A stretch of DNA of 64,000 nucleotides, from the NCBI GenBank assembly GCA_964291315.2, contig OZ219753.1, positions 2,912,001 through 2,976,000 of the forward strand. The letters are read 5' to 3'. Within the stretch, counting starts at the first letter, position 1, and every line of letters begins with the position of its first letter. The stretch comes from Candidatus Poribacteria bacterium. GTDB lineage: Bacteria > Poribacteria > WGA-4E > WGA-3G. The notes beneath the pieces are model-generated. The model saw only the letters and a list, made by a program, of their open reading frames with translations, made no database searches and was not told the origin of the DNA. The position numbers and the translations under genes are program-made. This document shows positions 60,007 through 64,000 of this stretch, piece by piece.

Positions 60007-61335
60007 CTAAAAATTAGGCACGTTCTCATAGATTTGCCAGATCTCGTGATGAATTTTCCAGCTGCTCCCCACTTGATGCATCCATACTTCGCGAATCCAG
60101 ATATTGTGAAGTGCAGTGGCATCCTCGTCTACTGCGGGGGCAACCAGTCGGGTGAGTCGATGTATACCGATAACACTCTCGCCTTCAACCTGGGTCTCCA
60201 TTTTGACTTTGCTCCAGGCGTGGGTGTTCATCTCACGAAGGTCCAACTGAAGTTGATGTCGGTCGATTTTATTTCGATGCTCTTTGCTTTCATGAATCAC
60301 CACTTTGTCTGCGACAATGTCGCGGGCATAGTATGAAAGATGCGCGTTAAGGTTTTTACTGTGCCAGGCCTGTTCCCAATTAGTGAGGGCGGATTTACCT
60401 GCCTCAATCTGCTCCGTTGAGAGCGAGGTCCGCCCTGTTTTCAGGGGGTGTAGTACAGGTTGACTGTCAACATAGGCGCGTGCTGCTGCTGCTTTCTGGT
60501 TCAAATACTCCTCGTGCTCCCTATCAGCGGTTTGCTGACTTGCCTGTGTGAGTTTCTCGGTATAGATTGCTGCCTGTTCGCGGAGTTGCTTTCTCAGCAT
60601 ATTTATTTCAGCGATAACAGCGCGTTTCTGATGTCCTTCTTCCTTAGCCATTCTTTCGGCGACTTCCAGTTTCCGGCGCAGCTCTGAGACATCTTTCCCG
60701 TAGCTGCGGATTTTGGCTTCCGCGCGCTGGGATCTTACTTGTATATCTTCTAAGGTCTTGGAGAGTTCAGCAACTTGTGCGCTATAGGTCTTCCGTTTAT
60801 TGCTCAATTCAAGGTTCTTCTTCTGAAATTCGCTGAGCGTCTGTTTCAGGCGTTCCTTATCGCCCCGCACGCCCTGAATTTCTTTTTGGGCTTCGGCGAT
60901 TTCACTCTCCTTCACGCTTAGCGCCTGGCGAAGCTCATCCGCACCTGCTTCTTTTTCCAATAAAGCTGCATTCAACGCAGCGCTTTTAGCGACGCTAATT
61001 GCCTCTTTTTCTGCAACTGTCGCATGCATAACTGCCCGATACGCAAGATGGAGCGCCTCGTTGCCTTTTTTTTCATCGAGGGCACTCTTCGCTGCCTCAA
61101 GATTCGACGCTGCAGATTCAAACGACTCCGCTGCGAGTGATACAGCGTCAGCCTCTCGCGCAGCGGCAATTGCTGCTGACGCGTCCACTATGGCAGTATC
61201 GACTGCTGAGGGTTCAATTTTCCCGAGTTGACCACCACATCCTGCTAAACCAAACAAAATGAGGAGCAAACCGATAAATAAATTTCCGTGCCAGGCCGAG
61301 TTACCCCTCCGCGATAAAGCAATGAATTGTTTCAT
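60007..61335 (-). CDS. Lipoprotein: DUF4398-like helical domain, coiled coil, C-terminal NTF2-like domain
   Basis: AAGGAG before ATG 61335, lipobox LAGC, Ala-rich helices, WEQAWHSKNLNAHLSYY...WKIHHEIW. Confidence 0.7.
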   Translation of the reverse strand: MKQFIALSRRGNSAWHGNLFIGLLLILFGLAGCGGQLGKIEPSAVDTAIVDASAAIAAAREADAVSLAAESFESAASNLEAAKSALDEKKGNEALHLAYRAVMHATVAEKEAISVAKSAALNAALLEKEAGADELRQALSVKESEIAEAQKEIQGVRGDKERLKQTLSEFQKKNLELSNKRKTYSAQVAELSKTLEDIQVRSQRAEAKIRSYGKDVSELRRKLEVAERMAKEEGHQKRAVIAEINMLRKQLREQAAIYTEKLTQASQQTADREHEEYLNQKAAAARAYVDSQPVLHPLKTGRTSLSTEQIEAGKSALTNWEQAWHSKNLNAHLSYYARDIVADKVVIHESKEHRNKIDRHQLQLDLREMNTHAWSKVKMETQVEGESVIGIHRLTRLVAPAVDEDATALHNIWIREVWMHQVGSSWKIHHEIWQIYENVPNF

Positions 61336-61464
61336 TGATCTGACTCCTTTTATTTTAAATGTTTTTGTCCACAGTTCAATTGTTAGTTTCATCCACATAA
61401 AATTTCTGCTATTCTGTGATTCATAATAGGCGTGGTGAATTCGGTACTTCTTCACTGAATTAAT

Positions 61465-61493
61465 AGAATATCATGTCTAACGGGTAGTGTCAA
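61465..61493 (-). promoter_or_regulatory. Sigma70-type promoter (leftward)
   Basis: TTGACA-17 nt-TATTCT on minus strand. Confidence 0.55.
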
Positions 61494-61629
61494 GGCAACG
61501 TTTCGAAATGCAGACAAAGTGGGGGATCAGCATTCGCTCTTAACAGATGAAATGGCACTGATAGGTGTAGCGTCTTGGCATGATTTCCACAAATACACAC
61601 CCCAAAACCCGATAGTTCCAAAATTGTAT

Positions 61630-61658
61630 TTGACATCGCTCGTAAATGCATGTATAAT
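61630..61658 (+). promoter_or_regulatory. Consensus sigma70 promoter (rightward)
   Basis: TTGACA-17 nt-TATAAT. Confidence 0.75.
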
Positions 61659-61818
61659 GTGTATTAATGCGTTATTTTCATAAATATCGGATATTGTGCT
61701 GCATAAATCGGTATCCGTTTGAAACTTCTTAACAGGCCTGGTATAGAATTTACGCTTATAGCCGCAAATCGAGCGGATCCTGCGTAAATCCTATAGGTAT
61801 AACAAAAAAGAAAAGGAT

Positions 61819-62385
61819 TTGTGGAAATTTCTGAATTTTCACACAAAAACTATGCGATTTGGCTTACTCAGTGCACTTTTAGCGACAGTTATTTCCTGCA
61901 ACAGCGAACAGCTGCCTCATGTAACGATTGAAACCGAAAAAGGCAACATTATTATTGAACTTTATCCCGCGGCCGCCCCCGCTACAGTAGCAAATTTCGC
62001 ACAACTCATCGAATCTGGGTTCTACAACGGCTTAACTTTTCACAGATTTGTTCAAGGTTTTGTCATCCAAGGAGGCGATCCAAAGGGAACAGGTAGAGGC
62101 GGCCCCGGCTGGACAATCCCTGGAGAATTCCAAGACCCTAACCTTCGCGAGAAGATGCCGCCCCATGAAAAGGGCGTAGTTGCGATGGCAAGGACACAGG
62201 ACCCTGATTCTGCCGGAAGTCAATTCTATATTTGTCTCAGCTCAGACGCGACCCGCTACGCGCATCTAAACGGCAACTACACCACCTTTGGAAAAGTTAT
62301 AGATGGAATAGAGGTCACAGACTTACTCCGAGAAGGGGACATCATGAATAAGGTGACAATTGAAAACTATACAGCAATGCGCTAA
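61819..62385 (+). CDS. Cyclophilin-type peptidyl-prolyl isomerase (lipoprotein)
   Basis: FHRFVQGFVIQGGDP, AMART..PDSAGSQFYI, YTTFGKV; lipobox VISC; likely start ATG 61852. Confidence 0.92.
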   Translation: MWKFLNFHTKTMRFGLLSALLATVISCNSEQLPHVTIETEKGNIIIELYPAAAPATVANFAQLIESGFYNGLTFHRFVQGFVIQGGDPKGTGRGGPGWTIPGEFQDPNLREKMPPHEKGVVAMARTQDPDSAGSQFYICLSSDATRYAHLNGNYTTFGKVIDGIEVTDLLREGDIMNKVTIENYTAMR

Positions 62386-62418
62386 TTTCAATATTCGAAA
62401 GGATGGACAGAAATAGAA

Positions 62419-63474
62419 ATGGAAGAATGGAAACGTCTTGTTAGAGACACAGTCAACACCCCCGAAAAACTTGCTGCTCTCTTCGATGTGGATGTAGAGG
62501 AAATGCGGCGCATTCACAAAGAATTCCCGATCCGTATTAATCCGTATTATTTGGGTCTTATTGAAGAACCAGGCGACCCGATTTGGAAACAGGTCGTACC
62601 TGATCCCAAAGAATTAATCAGCACCGGTGTAGAAGACCCGCTCCACGAAGAAGACGATAGCGAGGTACCAAATGTCACGCACCGCTATCCAGATCGCGCC
62701 CTGTTTTACGTTAACTACATGTGTCCAATTTATTGCCGCTTCTGCACTCGTAAACGGAAGGTCGGCGACCCGCATTCAATCTCTGAAGATAACATCGAGA
62801 GGGGGCTTGCCTACATCCAAGCGCACCCTGAAATTCGTGATGTTATCATTTCCGGCGGTGATCCGCTCATGCTCACAGACAAAAAAATTGATATGATTGT
62901 CGGTGGATTACGGGCGATTGAACATTTAGAGATTATTCGGATCGGTTCGCGCGTTCCTGTGACACTGCCACAGCGGATCACGCCAGAGTTGTGTGCAATT
63001 TTGAAACAGTATCACCCGTTTTACATCAATACCCACTTCAACCACCCGCGCGAGATCACACCTGAAACTGAAAAGGCGTGTGGTATGTTAGCCGATGCCG
63101 GTATACCCCTCGGAAACCAGGCAGTCCTCCTCAGGGGCGTGAACGACGATCCGGCCGTGATGGTAGATCTCATGAAGGGCTTGTTGCGCATCCGGGTCAA
63201 GCCTTACTATATTTACCAAGCTGACCTTGTCGTTGGAACAGACCATTTCCGAACAGCGGTGCAAATAGGCTTAGACATTATCGCGGCCTTACGCGGACAT
63301 ATCTCTGGACTCGGTGTACCACATTACGTCATTGATGCCCCAGGCGGCGGTGGAAAAATCGCGCTAATGCCCGACCCTGTTGTCACCTTCGATGACCACA
63401 ATATCCAACTCCAAAATTACGCAGGCAATGTCTACAGCTACCCCAGCACCCCGTTTTTTGATGCAGATTGGTAG
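62419..63474 (+). CDS. KamA-family radical SAM enzyme (lysine 2,3-aminomutase-like)
   Basis: THRYPDR, CPIYCRFCTRKR, SGGDPL, HFNHPRE, DAPGGGGKI. Confidence 0.93.
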   Translation: MEEWKRLVRDTVNTPEKLAALFDVDVEEMRRIHKEFPIRINPYYLGLIEEPGDPIWKQVVPDPKELISTGVEDPLHEEDDSEVPNVTHRYPDRALFYVNYMCPIYCRFCTRKRKVGDPHSISEDNIERGLAYIQAHPEIRDVIISGGDPLMLTDKKIDMIVGGLRAIEHLEIIRIGSRVPVTLPQRITPELCAILKQYHPFYINTHFNHPREITPETEKACGMLADAGIPLGNQAVLLRGVNDDPAVMVDLMKGLLRIRVKPYYIYQADLVVGTDHFRTAVQIGLDIIAALRGHISGLGVPHYVIDAPGGGGKIALMPDPVVTFDDHNIQLQNYAGNVYSYPSTPFFDADW

Positions 63475-63513
63475 GTTCTGTAGATTACACACAATCATTA
63501 GCCTAATATTTGC

Positions 63514-63726
63514 ACGGATTTGATGCTGTTGCTGGTTAATCTCCCACCACTCCGTGAGCAATATGCCAACACTGACGTATTATCGGATATGGATGCGGAG
63601 ATTGCTGCGTTGGAGAAACGTCTGGAGACGACCAGCGACATCAAACACTGCATGGCGCAGGATCTACTAACAGGATAGGGGCGGTTGCTTAAATCCGAAC
63701 CAGTCCTATCAAAAATTGAGAGGTAA
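63514..63726 (+). pseudogene. hsdS remnant (end of TRD1 joined to C-terminal conserved helix)
   Basis: Translates TDLMLLLVNLPPLREQYANTDVLSDMDAEIAALEKRLETTSDIKHCMAQDLLTG*GRLLKSEPVLSKIER*, matching HsdS at 38775..40028. Confidence 0.85.
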
Positions 63727-63728
63727 AC

Positions 63729-64000
63729 ATGAAACGTCTAAGCATTTTGAGCAAATACTTTTTGTTAGCACTCGGACCCCTTATTCTACTTATTATCTGT
63801 AGTTGCGACACCCTTCAGGACATAGTCCTTTCCGAGCCACCCAGTGAAACAGAGTCTGCACCGCTTCGCGTAACGATGATATATCCTAACGATTGTGTGG
63901 GTTCCACTGCCTACTGTGATGCCTTCCATATCGGCGTAAACACAGCGCAGAGAGAACACAGAATTATACTAACCGAAGTAAACGCTATGGAAAACGATCC
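63729..64000 (+). CDS. Probable BMP-family substrate-binding lipoprotein (5' part, cut by window end)
   Basis: GAGAGG RBS, signal peptide with ICSC lipobox, LRVTMIY...G...Y.DAFHIGV..A. Confidence 0.55.
   Translation, partial: MKRLSILSKYFLLALGPLILLIICSCDTLQDIVLSEPPSETESAPLRVTMIYPNDCVGSTAYCDAFHIGVNTAQREHRIILTEVNAMEND

Noticed and set aside
1-64000. CRISPR array, prophage, integrase/transposase, tRNA or rRNA
   Set aside because: No regularly spaced repeats, hallmark genes or RNA gene signatures recognised by eye

Overview
A 64-kb bacterial chromosomal segment, most likely from Candidatus Poribacteria. This is an inference from a secreted protein ending in the VEPxxKLxxTWGxLK tail, an 'NYPNPFNPETWIPYQL' FlgD/T9SS-like C-terminal domain, and PhyH, PQQ-propeller and Gfo/Idh/MocA genes. 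It carries housekeeping genes (groEL, alr, dapA, dapF, dusB, purC, potBC, phhB, cyclophilin, KamA family) and a catabolic/uptake block: dehydrogenases, PhyH and an acyl-CoA ligase divergent from two tandem TonB receptors and two tandem SAM methyltransferases. The most unusual feature is a set of scattered restriction-modification parts. (1) An orphan ~990-aa Type III Mod-like DNA methyltransferase is split by a 1-nt frameshift in a C8 tract. (2) Divergent from it, a ~1.24-kb tandem duplication yields two HsdR_N-type PD-(D/E)xK nucleases, the second fused in frame to the signal peptide of the downstream secreted protein. (3) An orphan hsdS has a collapsed, inverted remnant ~24 kb away. Also notable are a four-repeat ASRT/DUF5719-like protein, a pair of NTF2-domain envelope proteins, MITE/REP-like elements, two small ORFs missed by the ORF track and a hairpin-rich intergenic region. 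No rRNA, tRNA, CRISPR array, integrase or transposase was recognised. All calls come from motif reading by eye; no database searches were run.
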